This document shows, piece after piece, positions 12,761 through 25,586 of a stretch of 48,221 bases of DNA. Position numbers and translations under genes: made by a program. Within the stretch, counting starts at the first letter, position 1. Each line of letters begins with the position of its first letter. The DNA comes from Octopus bimaculoides (taxonomy: Eukaryota), in NCBI RefSeq assembly GCF_001194135.2, contig NC_068995.1, positions 46,618,496 through 46,666,716 of the forward strand, given 5' to 3'. The notes beneath the pieces are model-generated. The model had not been told where the DNA came from. It was given only the letters and a program-made list of their open reading frames with translations, and did no database searches.

Positions 12761-13408
12761 TGTGTATATTTCAGGAGCTCATTCGTGGAATAAGAAAATG
12801 TAACATTACAAAAATAGAAGTCGCCCCGCCATATTAATAATTATTATTGAAGCAAACAACGATTGTATAAGCAAAAATAAACGAATAAAATAAATAAATA
12901 AATAAATAAATACATAAAAACATTGACCTAATTTATTGACACTAGCAAAAGACATCGTCCACGTTTGAGCGTTTCTCTTTTGGCGCTAAAATATTCCATT
13001 ATTAAACCCAAATCGCTGAGGAGTGCCATACGTCATTGTGGCGTTTCATACGTAATTTTTATTCTTGTGTAATTATGTATGTATGTATATATGTATATAT
13101 ATATATATANNNNNNNNNNNNNNNNNNNNNNNNNNNNNNNNNNNNNNNNNNNNNNNNNNNNNNNNNNNNNNNNNNNNNNNNNNNNNNNNNNNNNNNNNNN
13201 NNNNNNNNNNNNNNNNNNNNNNNNNNNNNNNNNNNNNNNNNNNNNNNNNNNNNNNNNNNNNNNNNNNNNNNNNNNNNNNNNNNNNNNNNNNNNNNNNNNN
13301 NNNNNNNNNNNNNNNNNNNNNNNNNNNNNNNNNNNNNNNNNNNNNNNNNNNNNNNNNNNNNNNNNNNNNNNNNNNNNNNNNNNNNNNNNNNNNNNNNNNN
13401 NNNNNNNN

Positions 13409-13451
<43 letters not shown>

Positions 13452-14203
13452 GTTAGATACGGTTGGTAGGGTGCTATACACAAGGGGACAACTGCCAGGT
13501 TTAGGACCATGGGAAATTGTAATGGTGTTCACACCCATAAAGGTAGAAATATATGTGTATTCATATATGAGGTACATTCATGTGGATGTACGCATACAGC
13601 ACAGATATATGTATGTGAACACAACACACACGCACACAAACACACGCTCACATACACGCGCACATACACGAGCACACATATAAAGTTATAGATAAATAGA
13701 TAGTTAAATAGATAGAATTCTGAGTGTGTGTATCTGTGTATAAATTGATTTAAATATATACGTACGTGTACATGTTCATGTACGTCTATGTATGTATGTA
13801 TGTATATATGTATATGTGCGTGTTTGTGTATGTATATGTATATGTGTGTGTGAGAGTGTGTGGATGCGCATAACACTCATATTTATTTTTTACGTGTGTG
13901 TGCATGTATTTCTTTCTATGTGCATATATAAACCGTAGAGAGGGTGATGTGTCGTAGTGGTTAATTACTTTAATTTTTATGCTAGTGTTCCTGGTACAGT
14001 CTATATCACTGCTCCTTAGATAGGTTTTATTGCCATAGTTTAGCTTTGGCCGAATCAATAGCATTTGGTAGACGCAAACTGTGCGGAAACTGGACGTATA
14101 TTTTTGTAATAGCTTGACATAAGTCAGCAACCTGGCACAACCCTTATCACGCCAGATAGAAATCGCGAAGCAGTGTATCTTCCATTTTTACGTTACATTT
14201 TTA

Positions 14204-14243
14204 GTGGGGGGAAAACACAGACACACAAACATACACACACAGA

Positions 14244-14288
<45 letters not shown>

Positions 14289-14466
14289 ATATAGACATAT
14301 ATACGACCGGCTTCATTCTGTTTCCTTTCACCAAATCCACTCACAAGGCTTTGGTCGGCCCGAGGATATAGCAGAAGGCACTTGCCCAAGGTGTCACGCA
14401 GTGGGACTGAAAGCGGAACTATGTGGTTGGTGAGCAAGCTACTTACCACACAGCCACTCCTGCGCA
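14204..14466 (-). mobile_element. SINE family A, 5' half with internal (CA)n
   Basis: Minus strand: head TGCGCAGGAGTGGCTGTGTGGTAAG (A-box), CTTTCAGTCCC (B-box-like), CACCTTGGGCAAGTG (CORE-like start). Confidence 0.88.
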
Positions 14467-15219
14467 TACATACATACACACACACACACATACACACACA
14501 CACATATATATACATACATATTTACATACATACTATATATAGATATATACATATACATACATATATATACGTATATATACAAATATATACAGACACACTC
14601 ATATATATTGTGTGTGTGGGTCTCAGTTATTACATAGTGATGAAAATTATACAACATGGAAAGTCAAAGAAAAAGTTGTAAAGATAATATTAGTCTTCTC
14701 CACTAATTGTAATTGTACTGCATTCGACAGTGACACAAACTATCCAGCATGAAAATTAGTGCAAACAAGTTTGTCCAATTAATCCTACATAGATAGACAT
14801 TATACTGGGGCGGAGGTGACTTTAAACAAGTAACAACGTATCAGACCATTTTACTAAAATAATAATTGCTCGCCATAATCAGTTCAGTCTTCGAGGCACC
14901 AATGGAGATTTGATGCTTAATTAGTGTATATTTGCCACCAGTTAATTATTTACTCTATATAGAAAATATATTGTCTAAAACGCGACAAAGATTATGCTTG
15001 CTTAAATGATGTGATTTGACATGAAGTGCACAACTGACTTCAAAATTACTTGTAATATGACAACCCAGACATGACAACCCACCACAGTATTTTAATGTAA
15101 AGGGTAAAATTGAATATTATTAATATTGCAGCCATACAGGTGCTATGTTTGGTACGAAAGGCAAATACTATTCTACTTTGATTGGAAATATATGTTTGTT
15201 TGTTTTTTGTGTACTGTTA

Positions 15220-15606
15220 CTCTTTTATTCTTTTACATGTTTCAGTCATCCGACCGCGGCCATGCTGGAGCACCGCCTTCAGTCGAGCAAATCGACCCTA
15301 GGACTTATTCTTTGTAAGCCTAGTACTTATTCTATCGGTCACTCTTGCCGAACCGCTAAGTTACGGGGACGTAAACACCCCAGCATCGGTTGTCAAGCGA
15401 TGTCGGGGGGACAAACACAGACACGCAAACACACATACACATATATATATATATACGACGGGCTTCTTTCAGTTTCCGCCTGCCAAATCCACTCACAAGG
15501 CTTTGGTCGGCCCGAGGCTATAGCAGAAGACACTTGCCCAAGGTGACTGAACCCGGAACCATGTGATTGGTAGGCAAGCTACTTACCACACAGCCACTCC
15601 TGCACC
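15220..15606 (-). mobile_element. SINE family A, near full length
   Basis: Runs from head GGTGCAGGAGTGGCTGTGTGG to tail GGTGCTCCAGCATGGCCGCGGTC...GACTGAAACA, with a short deletion at the B-box region. Confidence 0.9.
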
Positions 15607-15679
15607 TATTTGTGTATATATCTTTATTTCATATTTTATTTGTTTCCTTTGTTGAATTTCTGAGAGTCTAGGCATCAGC

Positions 15680-16140
15680 TTGAAAGCTTTAGTCAAAGAA
15701 ATCGATACGGTACTTATATTTTATGTATGGGTTTTCATTTTATCGGATTTATTTTGTCGGACCTGTAAGTTATGGGGATGTAAACGAACTAACACTGGTT
15801 ATCAAGAGGTGGGAGGAGAAACACAAAGATACACACACACACACGTACATATACATACACAGATATATACACTTTTACTCTTTACTCTTTCAATTGTTTC
15901 AGTCATTTGACCGCGGCCATGCTGGTGCACGACCATGAAGCCTATTAGTAGAAGAATATCAGCACCAGCAATTATTTTCTTAAAGCCGAGTACTATTTTA
16001 TCGTTCATTTTGACGAACCGCTATATTACAGGGATATAAACACACTTGCACCAGCTGTCAAACGGTGGTGGTGGTGGTGGTGGTGGGGAAAAACACAGAC
16101 ACAAAATCATACACACACTCACACACACACACACACACAC
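15680..16140 (-). mobile_element. Two tandem SINE family A 3' halves
   Basis: Blocks at about 15680-15850 and 15870-16140 match 15220-15440. Confidence 0.75.
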
Positions 16141-17094
16141 AAATGCAAAATGCTATCCGCCTAGCTATCATTTAAAGTAAGAGTACAAAGCCATTTTATT
16201 TTCCTTTCGAAATAAAATATCGTATGTTGTTAGCTTATTGGTTGTTCATTTCTGTTCAACAAGAGAGAATAATATCGCTGAAAATTTGTGTTTAATGGAA
16301 TGAAGTACATCATATAAATCTATATGCTCTTATTTAATGCACTATTCATTTATTTCTCGTTCTAGCTGTGAAGTACGTAATATTCATATCCGTAGAGGTA
16401 TCGCTTCGAATTACTTGTATCTAATAAGATTGATATATATCTAATATGGTATGAAATTACAAATATGATATTCCTTAAAATTAAAAGATAAATAAAACGA
16501 TTATATTATACTGTGCTCTTATCTCCTATCTCTTGTCCACATGATATAATATCTGCTCCGTACATATGATACAAAACGTAGTCTATGCAAAATGGCGTCT
16601 AGAAAAGTTTTCGTCTGGTTCAAAATATCTTTTGCTTTGCTACCTACTTTCTCTTTACAAAGTTTCTCACTACATGCATTTCATATCCACTTTCTCTCTC
16701 ATTATGCACACTATTCTCCGTTTTCAGGAGAGGGGTAAAGAGCAACAGGCACAGGTTACACCTACTCATCAGTTTATGCCATATATGTATATATATAATG
16801 ATAACACATTCAAATTACATTGATACTTGTAATATTGTGAAGCGCCTGTCACCAAAGCTAAACATTTATTTACATACTGTCAATATGATTAGCATGTGAA
16901 CAGATAGATTAGTTAAAGTTACCGAAAAACAGTGAATATAAACAAGTTTGTTATTATACAGGCCATGTTGCATCATCACATATTTAAGAAAAAAAAAAAG
17001 AAAATATTGCTATTTATGTATTACGAATACGCAGTAGACAGATAGGAAAGCAAACACATGTAGATACAAGTCCATACACGCATCCATATATTCA

Positions 17095-17162
<68 letters not shown>

Positions 17163-18059
17163 NNNNNNNNNNNNNNNNNNNNNNNNNNNNNNNNNNNNNN
17201 NNNNNNNNNNNNNNNNNNNNNNNNNNNNNNNNNNNNNNNNNNNNNNNNNNNNNNNNNNNNNNNNNNNNNNNNNNNNNNNNNNNNNNNNNNNNNNNNNNNN
17301 NNNNNNNNNNNNNNNNNNNNNNNNNNNNNNNNNNNNNNNNNNNNNNNNNNNNNNNNNNNNNNNNNNNNNNNNNNNNNNNNNNNNNNNNNNNNNNNNNNNN
17401 NNNNNNNNNNNNNNNNNNNNNNNNNNNNNNNNNNNNNNNNNNNNNNNNNNNNNNNNNNNNNNNNNNNNNNNNNNNNNNNNNNNNNNNNNNNNNNNNNNNN
17501 NNNNNNNNNNNNTGTGTGTATATAACTATAATGTGAAAACATATACACCTTATACACATTTACATATATTTGTGTGCTTAGTATGTATATTGTTTTGGGA
17601 TCTAGACGAGACAAAATGTGTGAAAGGAAAGACAATTAATTGATAGATATTTTGACATTTGCTTTCAACCTGGCATAAATACATATACACATGGATGTAC
17701 ACACAGGCAGATAGACACATATACACACGCGCGCGTGCCCGCACACACACACACACACACACTCACATACCCTAAGTATTGGGCAATCAGAATAAGTATA
17801 AGTGTGTGTTTGCGTGTGCCTGTGTNNNNNNNNNNATATATATATATATATATATACATGCAAATATATTCATCAGTATACACATATATTTATGAATACA
17901 CATGCACATATATGTATCACTATACATACATGTGTGTGTTCGTATGCGTGTGTGTTCGTTTGTGTGGTGCGTGTTTCTGTGTGTATTTATACACACACAC
18001 ACACACATATATCCATGCATCTATCGACTTTTATTTGTCAGTCTGACTCTCTCTGTCTG

Positions 18060-18091
<32 letters not shown>

Positions 18092-18539
18092 TCTCGATAT
18101 ATGTATATATACATTTATTTAGTTATGTATTATACACGCACGTATCGTTGTGTTCCTATGGTTACGTTTGAGGCCGTATGTATATTTATGCCTGCATATT
18201 CAAATGCATGTTCACTTGCGAACATGTTTGCCATTGTGTGGCACCATACCTGATTATGAGATGCAGCTTGTTTTTACCATTCTCATCATATAACGTAATC
18301 ACATAACACTATCACGTTATAGTCAGTCGTTTTTTGCCTGAACGTTTTCAGGTGTATAACTCGACCACCTCAAATCTTTCTAGCGTTTTGCTTTAAATAA
18401 ACTCATTTCTGTTATTCATCTAAAATATTTGGTTTCAGGTTTAATCATATTTTAGCCTCGATTTCATCTGTTGAAACGGTTTGCTGATAACCGTTAGTTT
18501 TTGTCACAGCTTGGCCCTGATAAAACTGACATTTTAAAA

Positions 18540-19250
18540 ACATTTTGTAGCATTTCTACTGTGCACTCTATTCCATTTTCCTTTATATTCACCTTCATAT
18601 CTTTTGATGCTGTTCCCAAGGACCCAACAATAATTGGCACTATCTTCGCCTTCTTCATTTTCTATTTCAGGGCTATTTTCTACCTAAGAGGGTTGTATCT
18701 GTCTATCTATCTTTTCGCCTTCCTTCTTGACTATTCGTGCGTCAAAGTGGCATGCAACGTCAACTCTGAAGTATATGTGGTGCATCTTGTCCACCACCAC
18801 AAGATCCGGTCTGTTACGCTCTAGCACCTGATCTGTTTGGATTGGGAAATCCCAGAGGATTTTGCTAGTCTCCGACACTTCCACTCTCTGCGGTTTGTGC
18901 TCATACCACTTGTTGCTTCTCTCTAGCCCCCAATTTTCGCACAGTTTCCAGTGTAACACTTTCGCTACCTGGTCATGTCGCCACAACTTGTAATGGTTTT
19001 GGGCAAGTCTAGGGCATTCGTTCATCATGTGGGCAATGGCTTCATACACTCTATTGCAGATGCGGCACAGCGGAGACATTAAGTATTCCTAACGTTGGGT
19101 CTCCATTTCGTGACCAAAGCTTGGTCCTGTGTTGCCAAGAAAGTGCTCTCGGTCTCTTTTATTGGTGTTCCTTTCATCATCCAACCTCACCTATTTTTCC
19201 AGTAACTTCTGTTGCGGCTACATGGAATTGATTCTGTAATCCCTTCTTGT
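18540..19250 (-). mobile_element. R4/Dong-clade non-LTR retrotransposon, C-terminal fragment (CCHC zinc knuckle plus restriction-like endonuclease)
   Basis: WMMKG..KETESTFLATQDQALVT, CRICNRVYEAIAHMMNEC (CCHC), RHDQV, KILWDFPIQTD, RPDLVVVD, VDVA, KEGEK, VPIIVGSLG. Frameshifted. Confidence 0.93.
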
Positions 19251-19251
19251 G

Positions 19252-19252
<1 letters not shown>

Positions 19253-19303
<51 letters not shown>
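19253..19303. repeat. (ATT)n, directly abutting the 5'-truncated end of the Dong-like fragment
   Basis: Direct reading. Confidence 0.97.
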
Positions 19304-20501
19304 TCAACCCAATACGCATATCTTATAGTACTTTATTTTCCGTGTCCTTCATTCCGTTTTAGTTTAAAATGATTGAGAATTAATACATATATGTGGTCGT
19401 TGTACACACCACGCTGAGCAAAACGTAGACTGTCTATTCTCCGCTCAAGTCTTATATTTTGTTGTTGAATGTTATGATTGAGAGAAGTTGTTGCATCTAT
19501 GTCAGGGGGAATAACCATGTTGAAGTCCACAGATTAATTACAAAATAATAAATCATTAAAGAATTCTGTTCTGCTTTAGTAGGACAAAAGTGATGTAACA
19601 CACTGACACAACCAGTGTAATTCATTGTGACAAAATTTCTCACACTGTTATATATTATGTAGTCCATTAATTCACTTGCTCGTATGACAAACATCGAAAT
19701 CAGAACATATTCGAAATCACTGAAAGGCTTACAAGACTCAGCAGGTATCTGTCAATGTAACATCATGTCTTTAGTTGAAATCTTTTTATTGAGAATACGT
19801 ATTTTCTTTTCTCCTTGATTCCGTGTTGGATATATATATATATGTAACTGTCACACCCTTTATCAGTCGTGGTGACAGACATAGACGCTCTCGTACATTA
19901 TTAACGAATACAGTAAACAAATCCACTTACCCATATCGCAGTTACTATCATTATAACGTATTGTAGACAGGTGAAATCAATATTTCTCTCAGCGGGTAAA
20001 TGAAAATACAGACAGCTAACAATTATGAAACATACAGTTTATATCCCCATAGTGAAGAGATAAAGAGAATTGAATAATGGGGATCATTCAGAAAATACAG
20101 AAATATAGCAAATACAGAATGCAATTGTCATACATAGTATTTGATTATAAAGTGAAATTATAATCGATATGTGTTTTAATAACTTAGTGAGTACGTTTTA
20201 TTTTAGATGCGATATAAACATAGAGACATACATACGTACATACATGCTCACACACACACGCACACACACACACACGCACCACACCACACGCACACACACA
20301 TGCACACACATACACACACACATACACACACACATATATATATATACATAACCATTCAACTATCCTGTTTCTATATACCTATACCAATATATATCTATCT
20401 TTATATCTACAAACACATACACACATACAAGCACAAACACACACACACACACACATATGCACAAACACACAGATACACACATACACACATATACATACAG
20501 A

Positions 20502-20612
20502 TGAAGGGGTGGTGAAAAGTTCCTGGCTTTAAGGGTATTGTGAAAAGTCTAATCGGAGGCCCAACCTTCCTAGTTCTTTTACAGGGCTTAGAAAAACTGA
20601 AGGGCAGAATGT
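20502..20612 (+). mobile_element. Mariner-derived MITE, partial
   Basis: GGTGAAAAGTTCCTGGCTTTAAGGGTAT...TTCTTTTACAGGGCTTAGAAAAA, as in 8381-8598. Confidence 0.8.
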
Positions 20613-21574
20613 TTCTATGTATGTATATGTATGTGTGTGTATGTGTGTTGTGTTTGTGTGTGTGTGCGTGCGTGTGCATGTGAGCGCGCGCGTCTGTGTT
20701 TGCAAATACACAGACATGCATACATATTGACACAAGCAGAGAGAGACAACTCACACACACATTCGCATACAGAATTACACACACGCTGCGAGCATGCGCA
20801 TGTACGCACGTACGCACACATATAAAATGTGAAGGCCAGAAAGAACGAGAACTTTGGGATTACCAAATTTAGGCAGAAATGTTTGTTTACAGTTCTTACC
20901 GAACTGCGTGAAAATCAAATCAATTCTAAAACCCTGTTTTCGGTGACACATAATTTATTGTTAATAAATTGTGATAACCTATAAACAAAAAATAAAATAA
21001 AAACACAATAGAGAATCTACCGATTAAAATAAGCACTAAAATCTAGATCAGGAAACCTAGTTTTTTTTTATGGAATCATGTATTCTATTGGTTATTTATT
21101 TTTGCCATTGATAGCGGCAATGAGAGCTATGAATCCAGCAATAACTATGACACCTGTTATCTAATTATTATGCCAGGAGTTAACGAGAATTTTAATTGTA
21201 TATGTAGGTCTGCTCCAAATAGTAATCAGATCTTTCATATCGCATAGTATTATTTTAAATCTTTAACTGCGAAATTAAAATTCATGACTTTCCCAGAAAT
21301 GATGTTAAATATCTATCAAAAAGAGAATTAGAAAAAATAAATGAAATGGTATTTTGTGCAAGTCATATCCATTCAATAAACTTGACATTTTTCAACAAAA
21401 ACAGCAGATTGGTATATAAAACTGCTCTCCCTACGTGGAAGTAATGGAATTTTGAGTGACTATGTCGTATTTCCGCAGTAAAAAAAGGATTAAAATGTAA
21501 AACACTTTGGACAATGACGGACAAAATTTATGGGATGTTCACGAGAAAAGCAACATCTGCACATGTCTTCACGG

Positions 21575-21817
21575 TTAACTGTAGTTATTTAACATTAACT
21601 TATTTGCAATAAAACGGGTGATATTTGAAACCCTGCAATAACCAACATAATCAGAAAGCCGTAAATTGTGGGAATTTATAACGTTTTTGACAAGAGTACA
21701 AGGAATAGTAGAAGCGATGTCACTTGGTTTAGTACCATCTATGTACCAAGTATGTGCTTCTGAGATCCATGCACTTATCACTGAATAACCGAATTTATAT
21801 AGCTCAGTGGTTTTCAT
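21575..21817 (-). CDS. Candidate exon or pseudo-exon of an unknown extracellular-type protein
   Basis: 80-codon non-repetitive ORF containing TWYIDG...C...DYVGYCRVSN, with a possible acceptor TTATTCAG. Partly fits both Ig and C-type lectin patterns but neither fully. The ORF start lies at the edge of a SINE. Confidence 0.2.
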   Translation of the reverse strand: MKTTELYKFGYSVISAWISEAHTWYIDGTKPSDIASTIPCTLVKNVINSHNLRLSDYVGYCRVSNITRFIANKLMLNNYS

Positions 21818-22068
21818 TAACGTGGTTAATTAAGTAGCTGAGTGTGCCACAGACATGCGTGTTCTTAAAGATTCAGTGCATATCACAAAAAGCGACGAGA
21901 CTGGCCCCTTTGCATTACAGGTATTTCTCATTCTTTTCAGCTGAGTTGATTGGAGCAACACGAAATAAAATGTCCTTCTAAGGGACATAACGCGCCCTTG
22001 GGTATCGAACTCACGACCTTATAATCGTGAGCCGAACATCCCTAAAAAATAAGCTACAAACCTTCACT
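21815..22068 (-). mobile_element. SINE family C, degenerate
   Basis: Colinear with 8690-8950 (CAGCTGAGT..GGAGCAAC..GAAATAAA..GGACA..ACGCG..GAACTCACGACC). Confidence 0.8.
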
Positions 22069-22530
22069 TAGTAGTGACGTGAAACTAATATAATCAATAT
22101 CGATAAACAGATGTGTTGTTATCGTTGTATACATTATTTAAAATAAACAGATTTTTCATAATGGTGTGTTTATCATAATGTGCTTGTGAAAGGAATTAAT
22201 AAATAAATAATGAAGTCATAATTACCAGTGACCCTACGTTAATCATAAACTAGTTATGTGATAACACTTATCTCAACTTACTTTTAGCTTATGAACTATG
22301 ACAAAGAATTATAGGTATGTTTATTAAATCCTATCTATGATACTACTTTCAGCCTGACCAGTGATCAATATATCTAACAAACTATTAATCTATATGTTAT
22401 TAAACACATTGTCCATAAAAAGGAATGCGAATTATGACTAAGTTTTCGAAGTTACGTTTAATACAGGGTGTTTCAATAAGCTAACAAGAGGCAATCTATC
22501 GTTGTAGTGATGTATTTCTCTTCTGCATTC

Positions 22531-22532
<2 letters not shown>

Positions 22533-22619
<87 letters not shown>
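22533..22619. repeat. Pure (CA)n, about 43 units
   Basis: Direct reading. Confidence 0.97.
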
Positions 22620-22621
<2 letters not shown>

Positions 22622-23367
22622 CTAATATATACAAATGCATATATATTATATGTATATAAATGTGTGTATATATATATATTTACTGTCAGAATATATTTTG
22701 AAATATGAAACGGAAGTTTGAAGGAATCGGATGTCGTTGTGTTCTTTCGGAATCTTTCAGTTGTAAGGTATTAACAAATGCTCTACATTTGTATTGAGTC
22801 CTGTAATTTATCACACAACCGCACCTGCACCTATAAATACGTATATCGGGAAACCTAACGACTATAATATAATTAAAATTGAATTGAGAAGATGCGCGTG
22901 AGTGTGAACGGAATGTAAATAGAGGAATAGAGCTATATATGTAATAAAGCAGACAAAATTAAATTGGTAACCCCGGTACCCAGGAAATAACAAAATCATG
23001 GAGTTAATACTAATTAAGGTTCAAATTGAATGTCGAATTAAATTTACAAATTAAATTTAGAAATTATAAAAATAGGAATGAAAACTAAGAAGGAAGAAAA
23101 TTAGAAAAACTAAAACAAAATGTTAAACATTAGATATTAAAAATTAAAACATTAAATATTTATCGGTTGAAAGACTGAAAACTAGAATGTTAAAAATTCA
23201 AGGAAAATTTTAAGGAATGAATTTTGAAACGATCAAAAATAATTTTAAACCATTGAAAAATGTGACTCCCAGTAGAACGGAAATTAAAATTGAAAGTTTC
23301 GAGAATAATTGCTAAAGCTTAAATATTAAAGTTTGGGAATAAAACTATGGTTTACTATTTACAATTA

Positions 23368-23497
23368 TTGCTGTTGTTGTTGCTGTTGTTGTTGTTGTTG
23401 TTGCTTCTTCTTCTTCTTCTTCTTCTTCTTCTTCTTCTTCTTCTTCTTCTTCTTCTTCTTCTTCTTCTTCTTCTTCTTCTTCTTCTTCTTCTTCTTT
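23368..23497. repeat. (GTT)n-(CTT)n microsatellite
   Basis: Direct reading. Confidence 0.95.
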
Positions 23498-23545
23498 GTT
23501 CCTCATTTTATCATACCTATATTTTCAATGTTCCTCCTTAAATAG

Positions 23546-23593
23546 GTAACAGAAAACGCCTTATTCGCATATCAGGTATGATAGCAAATTTTG
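23546..23593 (+). CDS. Candidate 48-nt symmetric (phase 1-1) exon, xNRKRLIRISGMIANF(G)
   Basis: Long pyrimidine tract then AAATAG| acceptor, and TTG|GTAAGT donor. An alternative donor CAG|GTATGA gives a 30-nt exon (VTENALFAYQ). Confidence 0.3.
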
Positions 23594-23799
23594 GTAAGTG
23601 TCTGATGAGGAATCAATCGGCGCTATCCAACGAAAGTTGAATTCATACAAATCTACCGTATTTTATCGTCCATAATCATTTTTAAGTAATGGAGTTGGAT
23701 GCAGTTTTGTTCTGAAACAATCGGAACCAGTGTTAAATTTATGCATTATTGATACCTTCATCTACATCTTTAACATATACTTATGTATGCATGTAGGTG

Positions 23800-24330
23800 T
23801 GTAGATGATCTGGTAATCTTGTCCACTTGGAGGATACCCGCGTGTTAAAATAAGTGCAGTGTGGGGAGCAGGGACAGAAAAAACTTCCCCAGTGTAAGCC
23901 ACCCACAAGTTTCAAATACAGCCTGAAAGACCCGCAAAGATTAATATCGATACTAATGCTTGAAAAAATATTGTATCAGATGAACAGATGAGGAACTTCA
24001 TTGCTGCTGGTGTTGAAAGTTTCGGGGACAACAGACTTGCGTACACTGAATATAAACGCGTAGATATAAGAAAGATGAAACCCCAGTTTCTGAGAAGAGC
24101 ACGAAAGAATCTCATTTCTGTGACCAGAGTCGTCACGCCTGATTCTCAAAGGCAGCATATTTGTCTAGCTATATGATACCCTGCTGATCTTTCTTTCACC
24201 TTCTGTAATAAAGTGTGTTGGTCAATCAGGGGTTTTATTCGGCATTATAAATCCCAAAATTTAGACGGAGGATGCTGCTGGGAAATTACCAAATTATCAA
24301 TGCGGAATGACTCGTGAGCCCCTTGCCGAT
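23800..24330 (+). mobile_element. RTE-clade LINE 3' fragment with C-terminal zinc finger
   Basis: R*SGNLVHLEDTRVLK (RWxGHxxRM..R.PK), FKYSLK..INIDTNA*, RNFIAAGVESFGDNR..YKR..RK, (F)TFCNKVCWSIRGFIRHYKS. Stops and frameshifts are present. Confidence 0.85.
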
Positions 24331-24527
24331 ATTAAGAGACATATGACATGTCATGAAATACAGGGATACCAGAACTAAAGATTTTATTAAAATGAACCGA
24401 GTGTAAGAAGTGGTTTTATACAGTTGCAAGTAAAATTCCAATAATTATGTATATATGCATGTATACATGCTTGCATGTGTATATATATATATAAAGATGC
24501 GTATGTATGTATGTATGTATGTATGTA

Positions 24528-24572
<45 letters not shown>

Positions 24573-24584
24573 GTATGCATGCAT

Positions 24585-24659
24585 TGCAATTCATTTGAAT
24601 TTCAACATCAACAACAGGATATTCTTGTATATATGTATGTATATATGTATTTATGTATG

Positions 24660-24690
<31 letters not shown>

Positions 24691-24870
24691 GAATGTATAT
24701 ATGAATGTATATATGTATGTATATGTGTAGATTTGTATGTTTTGCTTTATGTATATATATATTCTAATGCATATAGTTGCATATCTAGACATGTTCATAT
24801 ATATTTAAATACGTTTTAGAGATTTTTACAGCTCCAGTGATGGACTGGATCTCTAGTCTTCGAATTGTAT
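24585..24870 (-). mobile_element. Interspersed repeat family F with internal microsatellite
   Basis: GAATTTCAACATCAACAACAGG and ATGCATATAGTTGCATATCTAGA...TTTTACAGCTCCAGTG are shared with 42215-42395. Confidence 0.7.
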
Positions 24871-25068
24871 CTCTCTCTCTCTTTCTGCATATATATATAT
24901 ATATACATATATATATGCATGTGTACAAGCACATACGTAGGTCCCGACGTTTGAAATGATATCTTTTGCAAGATTTCTATGATTCTATGTCTTAAGATAC
25001 AAATGGCATTTAGGAGTCAGACAGCAACTCAAAGACTGGAGAGTGTCACATACAGAGGAACGTATGCA

Positions 25069-25102
<34 letters not shown>

Positions 25103-25525
25103 NNNNNNNNNNNNNNNNNNNNNNNNNNNNNNNNNNNNNNNNNNNNNNNNNNNNNNNNNNNNNNNNNNNNNNNNNNNNNNNNNNNNNNNNNNNNNNNNNN
25201 NNNNNNNNNNNNNNNNNNNNNNNNNNNNNNNNNNNNNNNNNNNNNNNNNNNNNNNNNNNNNNNNNNNNNNNNNNNNNNNNNNNNNNNNNNNNNNNNNNNN
25301 NNNNNNNNNNNNNNNNNNNNNNNNNNNNNNNNNNNNNNNNNNNNNNNNNNNNNNNNNNNNNNNNNNNNNNNNNNNNNNNNNNNNNNNNNNNNNNNNNNNN
25401 NNNNNNNNNNNNNNNNNNNNNNNNNNNNNNNNNNNNNNNNNNNNNNNNNNNNNNNNNNNNNNNNNNNNNNNNNNNNNNNNNNNNNNNNNNNNNNNNNNNN
25501 NNNNNNNNNNNNNNNNNNNNNNNNN

Positions 25526-25586
<61 letters not shown>

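Noticed and set aside
16592-16738. AAAATGGCG-initiated 48-aa ORF with signal-peptide-like composition
   Set aside because: Short, its hydrophobicity follows from T/C-rich sequence, and there is no good donor before the stop.
19333-19540. Minus-strand LICG-DFN...RID...NDH resembling APE endonuclease motifs
   Set aside because: Needs a 2-nt repair, and motif spacing is about half the canonical length.
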